A DNA stretch of 64,000 bases. Source: Candidatus Thorarchaeota archaeon. GTDB lineage: Archaea; Asgardarchaeota; Thorarchaeia; Thorarchaeales; Thorarchaeaceae. The position numbers were made by a program, and so were the translations under genes. The notes under the pieces were generated by a model that had not been told where the DNA came from, searched no databases, and worked only from the letters and a program-made list of their open reading frames with translations. This document shows positions 37,980-48,150 of this stretch, piece by piece. The DNA lies in contig JBHLRS010000002.1 of NCBI GenBank assembly GCA_048882325.1, positions 32,001 to 96,000 of the forward strand. Reading direction: 5' to 3'. The first letter of the stretch is position 1, and each line of letters opens with the position of its first letter.

Positions 37980-39266
37980 ATGATAATACCTGGTACAACA
38001 ATCTCACTCACCCTAACACCAACCTATGTTGAGGTTCGAGACAAAGGGATGATCAAGAAGAAGATACCTCTGAAGGGGAGATCCTTTGATGATGTTGCAT
38101 TGGAGTTGACAAAATACGTTCGTTATCTCGGAAAGAGGTTGGCCCCGGGTGTTCTAGAGGAAGTATTAGAGCGCATTGGTTTACCAAAAGCAAGGAGAGT
38201 CTTGAAAGAAGAAGAATTAGAACCTTTAAAACCGGAACCTGAACCAGTCCACATTGAAGAGGCAATAGAGGAACCAGTTCCTGAAGTAAAACCCAAGAAA
38301 AAGAAAGGCGTCATTCGGAAAAAGACAGAGGAAAAAGAACAAGCTGCTACCTTTGTTGAAAGCCCCGGAGTGAGTGCGGACGAAAAAGGAGCAATTAGTG
38401 TTGATGATTTTGACGACATATCTGATGCACTTCAAGCTGTTGAAGCTCTCAGTGACTCTTTCATGACAGGTGCGCCAAAGGAGAAACCTATTGAAAAGAA
38501 ACCAGAAATAAGTATCAATCTTGCTGGAAGTGAGGAGATAGTAGCATCAGGCAGATCGTACGCTCGAATTGGAGAAGCAACAATACCTGAAGAAGAGGAG
38601 GCTGAGCCAGAAGAAATTGAGCTCGTTGCAGAAACAGTCGAGGAAGATGTAGAACCAGAGGCTGAGCCAGAACCACAGGTGACTCCTACCCACCAAATCA
38701 AGCCTATTGTTGAATGCAAAGCATTACTACTTGGTGAAGATGGAGTAGGTAAAGAAAGTCTAAAGGCAAAAGCAAGTGTTGTACCTCATACCAATGAAGA
38801 TGAATCAGTTTCCGAACATATTTTCAGTCGAATCTTCGAGGGTGTGAATCATCGGATTGACTTGAGAGTTTGGTCCTTTGACTTAGCTGTGAAAGCAAAG
38901 GTTCAGCGTAAGGATTTCTATCGAGACTCTCAAGTTCTTGTAATAGTATATTCAGCATCGGATAGATGGAGCTTTGAGAGTATAGATTTCTGGTTGCGAG
39001 AGGCTACTTTGTCAACCGAAGAGATGCCACCAATAGTGATAGTAGCAAATAAGATAGATCTTCGGACAGAAGCAGGTGAAGATTCCGGTGATGAACCTGT
39101 AACTCATGATGAAGGATTCAAGTTTGCTGAAGAGCTAGCTCAGAAATACGGGAAGGATGACGGGTCACTCCATCCAGTGGCATTCATTGAAACTTCAGCA
39201 TTAACTGGTGAGCGTGTCGAAGAGGTATTCACAACTGCAGCTCAACTATTCGAAAATTCGATATGA
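37980..39266 (+). CDS. Protein with acidic linker and C-terminal degenerate Rab/Ras-like small GTPase domain
   Basis: LLLGEDGVGKES, VIVYS....SFESI..W, VANKID, FIETSA; G3 DxxG absent. Confidence 0.8.
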   Translation: MIIPGTTISLTLTPTYVEVRDKGMIKKKIPLKGRSFDDVALELTKYVRYLGKRLAPGVLEEVLERIGLPKARRVLKEEELEPLKPEPEPVHIEEAIEEPVPEVKPKKKKGVIRKKTEEKEQAATFVESPGVSADEKGAISVDDFDDISDALQAVEALSDSFMTGAPKEKPIEKKPEISINLAGSEEIVASGRSYARIGEATIPEEEEAEPEEIELVAETVEEDVEPEAEPEPQVTPTHQIKPIVECKALLLGEDGVGKESLKAKASVVPHTNEDESVSEHIFSRIFEGVNHRIDLRVWSFDLAVKAKVQRKDFYRDSQVLVIVYSASDRWSFESIDFWLREATLSTEEMPPIVIVANKIDLRTEAGEDSGDEPVTHDEGFKFAEELAQKYGKDDGSLHPVAFIETSALTGERVEEVFTTAAQLFENSI

Positions 39267-39380
39267 CATGGGTTTACTTAAGTGGAGAAACTTTATTGAC
39301 ATGACTCAGAGAATTCATATAGTGGTCAGCCAACCCGTACGTGAGACATACTTCGAACAAAGAAGCCCTGTATCTATAAT

Positions 39381-39698
39381 GTGATGAATATGTCAGTAGA
39401 TTACTGTGAAAGCTGCGGCAAAGAAATCGATTCTATTCAACCAGCTAAGAATCTTGAAGAGAACTTTGCCAATGATACAAGAAAGAACCTCAGTATCTGC
39501 TCCGACTGTTTCAAAAAGAGGTTCAAGATAACATCCAAGAAGAGAAGTGGCTATGGAGGGACTATCTATGAGCTCGAAGAGAAACCCCCTCCCCGTTTTG
39601 GTCTTGGAAGCACATCCTTTAGTTGTCTGAAATGCAATTGGGTAGCCTGGAATGAATTAGGCTTAGAAGTACACATGAGAAATAAGCATGCTGACTAA
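39381..39698 (+). CDS. Small zinc-finger protein (CxxC...CxxC plus C2H2)
   Basis: CESC...CSDC; FSCLKC-x12-H-x4-H. Confidence 0.7.
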   Translation: MMNMSVDYCESCGKEIDSIQPAKNLEENFANDTRKNLSICSDCFKKRFKITSKKRSGYGGTIYELEEKPPPRFGLGSTSFSCLKCNWVAWNELGLEVHMRNKHAD

Positions 39699-39700
39699 TA

Positions 39701-40339
39701 TCACTGATTGATAGCGAATTGACTACTCTCTCTAATTATCTCAGAACCTGTAATTCTCAAACCTTCTACTCGACGTGCGGCACTCTCAAGCATCCCCATT
39801 CGATAGGTCGCTGTACGAGGACCAATTGCATGGAGCCACTCAAGGCTAGCTAAGTCTAGTCGTTCATTAGCTACGAAATATACCTTAAGGTCAGCTCCGA
39901 TTGCCCGAGCTCGGTCAAACATTGCTGTTGTGAGACCAAGACTTGGTGCAGCAAATCCAAGTAGTACCCAGATAAAGATGAATTGGTCAGCTCCGAAGTA
40001 CTCGTAGAAGAACACGAACCCAGTGAAGATCGGTTGAACAAGTGAGAGAATGACAAGAATAAGCGAAAGGTGTTGGGTGATGTCATCACTTCCAAGTCCT
40101 GCAATGCCAATCACGTCCTGGTCAGGTGGAAATAGGTATACCAGTACTCCGCCTGAGGTTATGCCTACTATGAGAGCTGAAAACACAATATAGAGTGGGT
40201 AACCCAGAGAATACTGAGTCCAAACAATACCGAAACTGATGAATGACTGGATGATTAGGGTCAACGCCATAATCACAGCGCCCACTATGAATCCTTGCCA
40301 ACTGAAGAACTCATATTTACGTGCCATAATTTCAGACAT
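39701..40339 (-). CDS. Membrane protein (about 4 TM), unknown function
   Basis: Hydropathy; SD GAGGTG. Confidence 0.65.
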   Translation of the reverse strand: MSEIMARKYEFFSWQGFIVGAVIMALTLIIQSFISFGIVWTQYSLGYPLYIVFSALIVGITSGGVLVYLFPPDQDVIGIAGLGSDDITQHLSLILVILSLVQPIFTGFVFFYEYFGADQFIFIWVLLGFAAPSLGLTTAMFDRARAIGADLKVYFVANERLDLASLEWLHAIGPRTATYRMGMLESAARRVEGLRITGSEIIRESSQFAINQ

Positions 40340-40569
40340 AGCTAGCTACACCTCTAACTATTCTATGAACAAATAATACATGTGAGGTCTTAAAGTTTCT
40401 CATGTTGTACTAAACACATTATCAAAGCCGTTAATTACTGGTTGTATGTGCGCAGTAACCTTAGTCCAGAGATGATAGTACATTCATTGGTACTTCGAAG
40501 GAGTAATTTATTAGTCTTCGAACTTAGCTCATCCGTAGCGCGGAGAAGGCTGCTTCGGAGTGGGTAGTA

Positions 40570-41268
40570 TTGAATAATGACGTAATCGTTGATCTCAATG
40601 AAGTTTCGCGAGTCTATTCAATGGGTGAAATTGAGGTCCATGCATTAAGAGGTGTTTCTCTTCAGATCAAGCGAGGTAGTGCCATAGGAATCATGGGGCC
40701 CAGTGGATCGGGAAAGACTACTCTCCTCAACTTGATTGGTGCACTTGACCGTCCGACACGAGGAAGAGTTACACTGGATGGTGTGGACATAACGGATATG
40801 GGCGAAGGCGAACTCACCAAGATTCGTAGAAACAAAATTAGCTACGTGTTCCAATTCTTTAACTTGTTACCCGTCCTTTCAGCCTATGAGAATGTAGAAC
40901 TCCCATTGCTCATTGGTGGCCTCGAAGAGGGAGCCAGAAGAGAACGGGTTGATCACCTATTGTCCTTGGTTGGTCTGACGGAGAGAGCGGATCATCGACC
41001 GGATGAATTGTCAGGTGGCGAACAACAGCGGGTCGCTATCGCAAGAGCGCTTGCAAAGCCACCTGGAACAACAAGCTCAGTTGTTGTACTCGCAGACGAA
41101 CCAACAGGGGATCTTGACTACCACACTGGCAAGGAGATTCTAGATATTCTCGTTGCTCTGACTAAAGGCGAGGGAGGAACACTGATCACTGTGACTCATG
41201 ACCCAGAGGTTGGTGAGAAGATGGATCATGTCTACAGGATGCGCGACGGACTGATAGAAAATCCGTGA
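40570..41268 (+). CDS. ABC transporter ATP-binding protein (LolD/MacB/FtsE type)
   Basis: GPSGSGKT, LSGGEQQRVAIARAL, LADEPTGDLD, VTHD. Confidence 0.93.
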   Translation: MNNDVIVDLNEVSRVYSMGEIEVHALRGVSLQIKRGSAIGIMGPSGSGKTTLLNLIGALDRPTRGRVTLDGVDITDMGEGELTKIRRNKISYVFQFFNLLPVLSAYENVELPLLIGGLEEGARRERVDHLLSLVGLTERADHRPDELSGGEQQRVAIARALAKPPGTTSSVVVLADEPTGDLDYHTGKEILDILVALTKGEGGTLITVTHDPEVGEKMDHVYRMRDGLIENP

Positions 41269-41283
41269 GGGAGGCATTGGAAT

Positions 41284-44094
41284 TTGGCCGCTGTTCCAAC
41301 AGGATATGAGGCATTTCATAGTAGGAGACGCAAAGGAGTGACATTACTTTGCTTTCTCCTTGCATCAACGATGGCTATGGGAATCACTGTCTATGTGGAT
41401 TCATATTCGATTCACCAATGGGACACCAACATGGCTGGAGTTGGAGATATTGCTATTTTCGCAGAAGGCGAGGGAATTGAGAACTATATAGATGCAATTA
41501 GGAATTTCAATGGTGTTACTAAAGCAGCAAGCCTCTTACGTTCTAGCGGAAACATACCCTTCGAAGTGCATGATCCTGAATATGGAGATTGGATAGATTC
41601 GATTTGGGGCGACCTTATTGCACCAGACCAAGAGTTCATGGACACATTCCCTGGGTACATCACACTTGTGGAAGGTTCGTTCCCCTCTGGAAATAGCTCA
41701 CAAATTGCGATAATCGATTCTCTTGAACAAGACTACGACATTCATATCAGCGATGTTTTAAATTTGTCATACGAATGGGATGGTCCTTATCAACAGGTAG
41801 AGGTCATCGGTGTCTATCATCAAGGTGGGGATGAATCAGATTCATACTACTACGGTTGGTACGAGAGCATCGCCATCGTAGACCCTGACATTATGGAATA
41901 TAATGAATACGTGATATACATTGACATAGATAGATCACGGATCTCACCATTCGATGCAGGAAGTTCTCGGGCATATGCCAATAGCTTCGATCAAAGAATC
42001 CGTGAACTTGATCCATTTTATGATCCACAATTTCCATGGTCTTCGAGATTCTATGTGAACAATCGTGTGACTGGTGCTATCTCCTCGTACATATACTGGG
42101 TTCAGGCTGCTAGATTCACACAGCTATTCAGGTCATTCTCGATAATCATTTTGATAGTATTAGTGACATTCCTCGCAATCCGACATAATGTAAACGAGAG
42201 AAGATTCGAAACAACCATGTTATTTTCTAGAGGTGCGTCGTCTGGAGACTTAGACAAGATTGTCAACCGAGAGATGATTGTCCTCTCCATAACATCGTGC
42301 ATCGTAGGGATTATAGCAGGAATAGGTGTAAGCAGAATCGCTATTTCAGCCACTGGATTTTTCGAGTTTGACCTTTCACTGATGTTCTCCGAACCATTTC
42401 TTGTTTCGCTACAGTCACTCATCATGTCTTCGGTGGTAGGAATTGCCTTACCTTTAGTGACTCTTGGAGGATATAGAATTGTTTACTCAACAAAGAAGTC
42501 AGCTGATGAGGGTACTGGTAAACTAGCTAAAGTTGTCAAGGGGTTCAATTTCATACGATGGGATTTACTCGTTGTTTTGATTGCTGGACTGCTACTTCTG
42601 ACTCTGACAACTGGTGGAGCAACGATTGGTAGTGATCCGATACTAGGATTCATCCTCCCGATCGTTCCGATTCCGTTATTCCTAGGAGTTGCTAGTCTAT
42701 CCATCAAGATTCTTCGTCGAGGGGCTAACTCTATCTCTAAGTACATGTCGAGGATTGTAGGTCGAGTTTCAGCATCCATCGGTATACGCAGGATTGGAAA
42801 GGGAGCTTCGTCAGGAGGGGTTGCCGCTATGGTACTTGTTTTGGCAATATGTCTCTCCTGGAATAGCGCAATTGTCAATTCCTCTCTTCCAGTTACAGTA
42901 GAGTATCAATCAAGATTAGTTGTAGGATCAGACATTACGTTCGTGCTTGATGAATCTAAATATTCCCAATGGGATGAATTTCTAACCAATGTAACGGACA
43001 ATGAAGAAGTTGTGTCAGGAACAATCGTTTCGGAGACTTCTCTTTCTCTGACGAGTGGTTACGAAGGTCTAAATACATTCATGGCCGTGAATCCTAGAGA
43101 ATACGCAGAAATTGGGTATCACTATCTGGGAAGTAGACTTAATGTTTCAGAGATGGCATCAATGATGGCGTCTCTCGAGTCCGTGCCTGATGGTGCCATT
43201 ATTTCATCAGACATTGCTAGTGATTACAATCTAGAGGTAGGTGATGTTCTACGTGCTACAGATCTTTATGATGATGAAGCGTTGCCGATTTCATTCAGAG
43301 TTCTTGGAATTGTCACTTCACTTCCAGAAATGCCAGATAAGTATTACATTTGGTATGATATACCTCCCCCCATGGTGCCAACACCATTTCCATATTATTG
43401 GTACCGGATTGTTGGTCAACAAAGGGTGATGGTAAACAGAGACTATCTCAGTAATGAAATTGACATCGTAAATGATACAAACTCGTATCTATGCGTTCAA
43501 ACAACTGAAGGAGCAAATGGCACAATCATTGGCAATGAGCTCGTGGAGCAGGGTGGAATGGATGCGCTCTATGAAGGGATGTGGGAATCAGTTAGTTTAC
43601 GCGTTGATGAATATCTTGGACAGCTGTCATATCATATGAACCGGTCGGTTGACACTATGATGACCGTCCTCACCATTGGCACTATAATTGGGGCGTTTGC
43701 AGTGTATGCCCTAGAGGGAGTTCGAGCTAGAAGAAGAGAGATAGCCTTACTGAGATCTAATGGTGCGAGTATTGGAGTAATCATTAAGGCTCAAGCTGCA
43801 GAAATGCTCGTATTGATGCTGTTCAGTATCACAGTTCTTGCGATCTATTCACCATTATTCTTGACAACATCTGTGGGTTCTACCTCAAGTGGCATAGCTG
43901 GTTGGGGATTGATTTATCCTGTAGCAATATTCCCAGTCATCCCTTGGTTGACAATAATGGCAGTACTGTCCTTCTTCATAGTTTCAGTGGTTATTTGCAT
44001 CGGAATCATTGCGATGGTCGGATCTCGAATAAACTTGGCAGAGACACTTAATGCAACCTGGGCTGAAGCAGCACCCTATGGAGGTGATGTCTGA
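41284..44094 (+). CDS. FtsX/MacB-like (type VII) ABC permease
   Basis: Duplicated TM1-ectodomain-3TM architecture; ERRFE...SRGAS and RRREIALLRSNGAS. Confidence 0.85.
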   Translation: MAAVPTGYEAFHSRRRKGVTLLCFLLASTMAMGITVYVDSYSIHQWDTNMAGVGDIAIFAEGEGIENYIDAIRNFNGVTKAASLLRSSGNIPFEVHDPEYGDWIDSIWGDLIAPDQEFMDTFPGYITLVEGSFPSGNSSQIAIIDSLEQDYDIHISDVLNLSYEWDGPYQQVEVIGVYHQGGDESDSYYYGWYESIAIVDPDIMEYNEYVIYIDIDRSRISPFDAGSSRAYANSFDQRIRELDPFYDPQFPWSSRFYVNNRVTGAISSYIYWVQAARFTQLFRSFSIIILIVLVTFLAIRHNVNERRFETTMLFSRGASSGDLDKIVNREMIVLSITSCIVGIIAGIGVSRIAISATGFFEFDLSLMFSEPFLVSLQSLIMSSVVGIALPLVTLGGYRIVYSTKKSADEGTGKLAKVVKGFNFIRWDLLVVLIAGLLLLTLTTGGATIGSDPILGFILPIVPIPLFLGVASLSIKILRRGANSISKYMSRIVGRVSASIGIRRIGKGASSGGVAAMVLVLAICLSWNSAIVNSSLPVTVEYQSRLVVGSDITFVLDESKYSQWDEFLTNVTDNEEVVSGTIVSETSLSLTSGYEGLNTFMAVNPREYAEIGYHYLGSRLNVSEMASMMASLESVPDGAIISSDIASDYNLEVGDVLRATDLYDDEALPISFRVLGIVTSLPEMPDKYYIWYDIPPPMVPTPFPYYWYRIVGQQRVMVNRDYLSNEIDIVNDTNSYLCVQTTEGANGTIIGNELVEQGGMDALYEGMWESVSLRVDEYLGQLSYHMNRSVDTMMTVLTIGTIIGAFAVYALEGVRARRREIALLRSNGASIGVIIKAQAAEMLVLMLFSITVLAIYSPLFLTTSVGSTSSGIAGWGLIYPVAIFPVIPWLTIMAVLSFFIVSVVICIGIIAMVGSRINLAETLNATWAEAAPYGGDV

Positions 44095-46965
44095 ATGTTC
44101 CTGTTCTCACGTTTATCTGCAAAAGCTCCTCAAGTGATTACTACGTTGCTAATCTTTGCTCTATCAAGTGGAGTTCTTGGGGGAATATTGTTCTATATGG
44201 ATTCAACAGCACCTACCGTGCTCAATGATATGACTGCAAATGTACCAATCGATATGGAGGTTTCATTTGGACAGCGGTTCTACGTTCAAAACCAATCTGA
44301 TCCGAGCTATACTTCAGTTGATGATATTAGAGATATAGTTGAATCACAAGACTATGTGTTGAATACGGAACCACTTACGTTTGTTGATATCTACGACTGG
44401 TATGCTGAAGATTATCTTTTCAGTAGACGAGGATTCCTCGGGATTAACAGCACATCGCTCGCTAATTTTCCTAGAGCAATTGAATTTGAAAGTGGAAGTC
44501 TTTCATATGATAATGACTCATGTCTAGTAGAGAAGGACTTGTTTCTATCAGCAGGTCTTCAGATTGGTGAAAACTATACTCTGAATATAACGGTGGAAAC
44601 CTATTTTGATGGAAACTATTCTCTTTACACTGTTGAGAAGGAGTTTGTAGTGAAAGGAACCTTCACTTCTAGTATCTATATGTTTCAACCCTATTGGGAT
44701 GGTCCAGAAGTGACCTATCTGCATCTTATTACTACCCAGGAGATACTAGAGGAGTTGTTCTACATGCTTCCGCACGATGAATGGTATGGAATTCAAAATA
44801 GAATCTGGGTAGAGTTTGACCGATTAGGAATAATCCAAAACAATCCTCAAACTATGATTGAAACATTGGATAATGTCAAAAAACAGATTGAGCAGGAAAC
44901 ACTCCCATTTGGAATCATTGAGTATGATTCGTTCAAACTTCAGGAAGCAGTTTACGAGTTTGCCATTTGGTCATTGAGTATTCGAGCAGTAGCGATTGCC
45001 TTCTCTATTCCCTCGATAATCATGGGCATTATGCTGATCCAATATAACTCAAAATTGCTTGCTGATGAACAACGAAGAGATGTAGGAACAATCAAGACAC
45101 GTGGCTCGTCAGGCCTACAAGCTTTCTCGTGGGTATTGAGTAGTGCACTCACGACAGGGATAATAGGAAGTATAGGAGCTGTCTTCACTGGAATCTTAGC
45201 ATCTATTGTTTCAGGTTCAGTAAGGGAATTGCTAGTATTCAATCTAGACCAATTATCAGGTTTTGTTCTCCTTCTTCAGCCTACAGCTGTCATCATAGTA
45301 TTCTCGTTCTCCTTCGTTGCTGGACTTGTTGTTGCATTGCCTGCAGCGGTGAAGGCTCTGCTCATGACGCCTACTGAGGCTCATGCGGTCTTAGAAGGAG
45401 AGATTCTAACCGAGTCCGAGGAAATGGGCAGTCCAGCAGTTGACATTTTGGTTGTATTTGTTTCTGGCTACCTCTTCTTGCTTCTTATGTTTGTGTTTGC
45501 ATTCGGCGGATTGACAACCATGGCTTCAACTTTCTTCGCAGCAACTATCATTCCAATGATGGGTATATTCCTATACTTTTTCACTCGTATGTTGTCTCGA
45601 GGAACCTCAGTGTTAAAATCAAGGATACTCTCTCAATTTAAGAGACCTTCACTTGTCGTAGGTACGAAACTTCTATCGAGAACAACAAGGTTGTTTAAAA
45701 AATCGGAAGCTATAGGCACAATGTTTGTTGCGATGGTCTTCACTGCGGGACTTTTTTCGTCTCTATCCGCAACAACTGGTGATACTCACATGAAACATGT
45801 ATTCTACTTTGAAACAGGTGCTGATATTGCGATAGAAGTCGATTCAGGTCTCACCAACGTTACTATAGACCTGATTCAAAACATCACAGCAGTTGAGGGT
45901 GTTGCTCGAGTTAGTCCCATGATCAGAATCACAGGCTACGTACAGTACTATAACGCATATGAGTACGGTGGAGGAATCTATCTCAATAGATCAGTGTCTG
46001 TGTATGGTGTCCAACCAGATACATGGGTACAAACTGCATTTTGGCTTGATTACTTTACACTACAGAATAGTCCAAGAGTATCAATACCTCGATTGAATGA
46101 AACACTTGATGGTGAGATAAATGTCATCACCACCTTCAAACCCATTGCACACTACACGATTGACTCATTTACAAATATGCGAATTCCTGAATACTCACCA
46201 TATTTGAATCTTCAAGTTTTCAGTAATGAATGGTATAATGAAACGGCATGTACAATTGTTGACATCATGGCCAGCAATCTTGACGAATATGGCCAAGTAA
46301 CATACTTGCCTGGTGAAACAGATGTTGCTAGTTTTCTGATAATGGACCTCAGTCTGCTGCATAATTGGATTAACAGCACACATGTTTCAAAATTCTATGT
46401 TGATCTAGAACCTAGAGCAAACTATACACAGGCGATGACTGAAATATATCAGATTGCGCCATATAGTTTTACGAAAGTTGAGGCTGCATCAGAGTTTATT
46501 GATGAGGTTCTGGATTCAAGAGCAACTCAGTCTGTTTTTGGAGCTTACACTCTTAATGTGATCTTCACTCTCATCTATCTAACATTCGGAATGGTTATTG
46601 TGACGACTGTAAAGGTTCGTAACCTAAGACGACAATTCTCCGTCCTTCGCGCACTCGGAGCTGACACAAAATCCATGGTTGTTGCGTCTCTAGCAGACAC
46701 CACAGTGGGTCTATTGCTATCAGCCTTGATTGGGGGAGCAATTGGAGGTTTACTAGCATACCTTTTGAAGAGCATTCCGTTACTATACATGGGACTCTCA
46801 ACGACTCAATTGTGGAGAAGACTCCCGGTACGTCTAATAATACCATGGACGCTTCTCTCGGAAATTGTGGGTGTTGCTGTAGCTGTTTCGCTTATTGCAA
46901 CCTATGTTGTCGTGACACGGGCCTTGAAACAGAACATCGCAGAGGAAATTCAATACACGGGGTGA
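44095..46965 (+). CDS. Second FtsX/MacB-like ABC permease
   Basis: QRRDVGTIKTRG and RRQFSVLRALGA; abuts the upstream stop. Confidence 0.85.
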   Translation: MFLFSRLSAKAPQVITTLLIFALSSGVLGGILFYMDSTAPTVLNDMTANVPIDMEVSFGQRFYVQNQSDPSYTSVDDIRDIVESQDYVLNTEPLTFVDIYDWYAEDYLFSRRGFLGINSTSLANFPRAIEFESGSLSYDNDSCLVEKDLFLSAGLQIGENYTLNITVETYFDGNYSLYTVEKEFVVKGTFTSSIYMFQPYWDGPEVTYLHLITTQEILEELFYMLPHDEWYGIQNRIWVEFDRLGIIQNNPQTMIETLDNVKKQIEQETLPFGIIEYDSFKLQEAVYEFAIWSLSIRAVAIAFSIPSIIMGIMLIQYNSKLLADEQRRDVGTIKTRGSSGLQAFSWVLSSALTTGIIGSIGAVFTGILASIVSGSVRELLVFNLDQLSGFVLLLQPTAVIIVFSFSFVAGLVVALPAAVKALLMTPTEAHAVLEGEILTESEEMGSPAVDILVVFVSGYLFLLLMFVFAFGGLTTMASTFFAATIIPMMGIFLYFFTRMLSRGTSVLKSRILSQFKRPSLVVGTKLLSRTTRLFKKSEAIGTMFVAMVFTAGLFSSLSATTGDTHMKHVFYFETGADIAIEVDSGLTNVTIDLIQNITAVEGVARVSPMIRITGYVQYYNAYEYGGGIYLNRSVSVYGVQPDTWVQTAFWLDYFTLQNSPRVSIPRLNETLDGEINVITTFKPIAHYTIDSFTNMRIPEYSPYLNLQVFSNEWYNETACTIVDIMASNLDEYGQVTYLPGETDVASFLIMDLSLLHNWINSTHVSKFYVDLEPRANYTQAMTEIYQIAPYSFTKVEAASEFIDEVLDSRATQSVFGAYTLNVIFTLIYLTFGMVIVTTVKVRNLRRQFSVLRALGADTKSMVVASLADTTVGLLLSALIGGAIGGLLAYLLKSIPLLYMGLSTTQLWRRLPVRLIIPWTLLSEIVGVAVAVSLIATYVVVTRALKQNIAEEIQYTG

Positions 46966-46969
46966 AAAA

Positions 46970-47854
46970 ATGGCAGAGAATCTAGAAGAACTTGCAGACC
47001 AATACAAGGTTGTTGTAAGAGACCTAATGAAAGTCTACAAACGGGGACAAAAGGAAGTCATTGCACTCAGAGGGGTTGACTTCGAAGTCCGTGAAGGAGA
47101 ATTTCTTTCGATTGTTGGTCCATCAGGATCAGGAAAATCAACCTTACTCAAGATGCTAGGTGCATTAGACAAACCTACAGCTGGTATGATTCTCTATGAT
47201 GGTCATAGTGTATCTATTTTGGATGACAGGAGATCCATGCTTTACCGTCGACAGAAAGTAGGATTCATTTGGCAAGTTGGAAATCTTGTACCCGGTCTCA
47301 CTGCTTTCAAGAATGTCACTCTACCAATGAAGCTAGCTGGAGCTCCAACAAAGCTTGCAAACGAGAGGGCACACATGCTTCTAGATACAATGGGTTTGGG
47401 ACCTCGTGCTAGTCATAAACCAAATCAAATGTCTGGTGGAGAAAACCAGAGATGTGCAATCTGCGTTGCTCTTGCAAACAAACCAGAGCTAGTTTTGGGT
47501 GATGAAATAACGGGTGAACTTGATAGTGAAACCACTGAGTTGGTGATGGAAGCTCTGAAAAAGACAAATGAAGAGTTTGGAACAACAATCATCAATGTCA
47601 CACACAACCCTAGGGTTGCTGAATACGCAGACAGGGTACTAAGGATTAGAGATGGTCTTATTGAAGGTCAGAAGCATACTCTATATGGAGATATCACTGA
47701 AGTCGATGCTAAGGGACGGATGGTGATTCCTGAAACGATAAGACGCCTTGCAGGAATCAGGAAACGTGTTGTGCTAAAGGCGACCTCTGAGGGTCTTCTG
47801 GTCAGTCCCCTTGAAGCTGATGAAGAGAACAACAATGATATGTCTCAGCAATAA
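46970..47854 (+). CDS. ABC ATP-binding protein with C-terminal AbrB/SpoVT-like domain
   Basis: GPSGSGKS, MSGGE, GDEITGELD, VTHN; C-terminal EVDAKGRMVIPETIRRLAGI. Confidence 0.9.
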   Translation: MAENLEELADQYKVVVRDLMKVYKRGQKEVIALRGVDFEVREGEFLSIVGPSGSGKSTLLKMLGALDKPTAGMILYDGHSVSILDDRRSMLYRRQKVGFIWQVGNLVPGLTAFKNVTLPMKLAGAPTKLANERAHMLLDTMGLGPRASHKPNQMSGGENQRCAICVALANKPELVLGDEITGELDSETTELVMEALKKTNEEFGTTIINVTHNPRVAEYADRVLRIRDGLIEGQKHTLYGDITEVDAKGRMVIPETIRRLAGIRKRVVLKATSEGLLVSPLEADEENNNDMSQQ

Positions 47855-47890
47855 GCAATGCCTTTATTGCAGAGGGATTGACCTGAATGA

Positions 47891-48133
47891 GTGGTGACAA
47901 TGAGCTTTAATAAAATGCCATCGTCGTTTTATTGGACCTTGGTTTCATTTGCAATCTTCTTTGCTTGTCTCAATATCTATATCTTGACACTCTGGTTGTC
48001 ACATCCATTTGCAAGTCCACTCTGGCTAATTGGCGCATTAGTAGGAGCATTACTTTTAGTATATTCAATCAGGTTGGTCAGAATACAACAAACAGAGCTT
48101 ATAGAGAATAAACAACTGGAGTCTTCAGATTAA
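47891..48133 (+). CDS. Small 2-TM membrane protein
   Basis: Hydropathy; tight spacing between co-oriented genes. Confidence 0.55.
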   Translation: MVTMSFNKMPSSFYWTLVSFAIFFACLNIYILTLWLSHPFASPLWLIGALVGALLLVYSIRLVRIQQTELIENKQLESSD

Positions 48134-48150
48134 CAAATGAGGATTGATAA

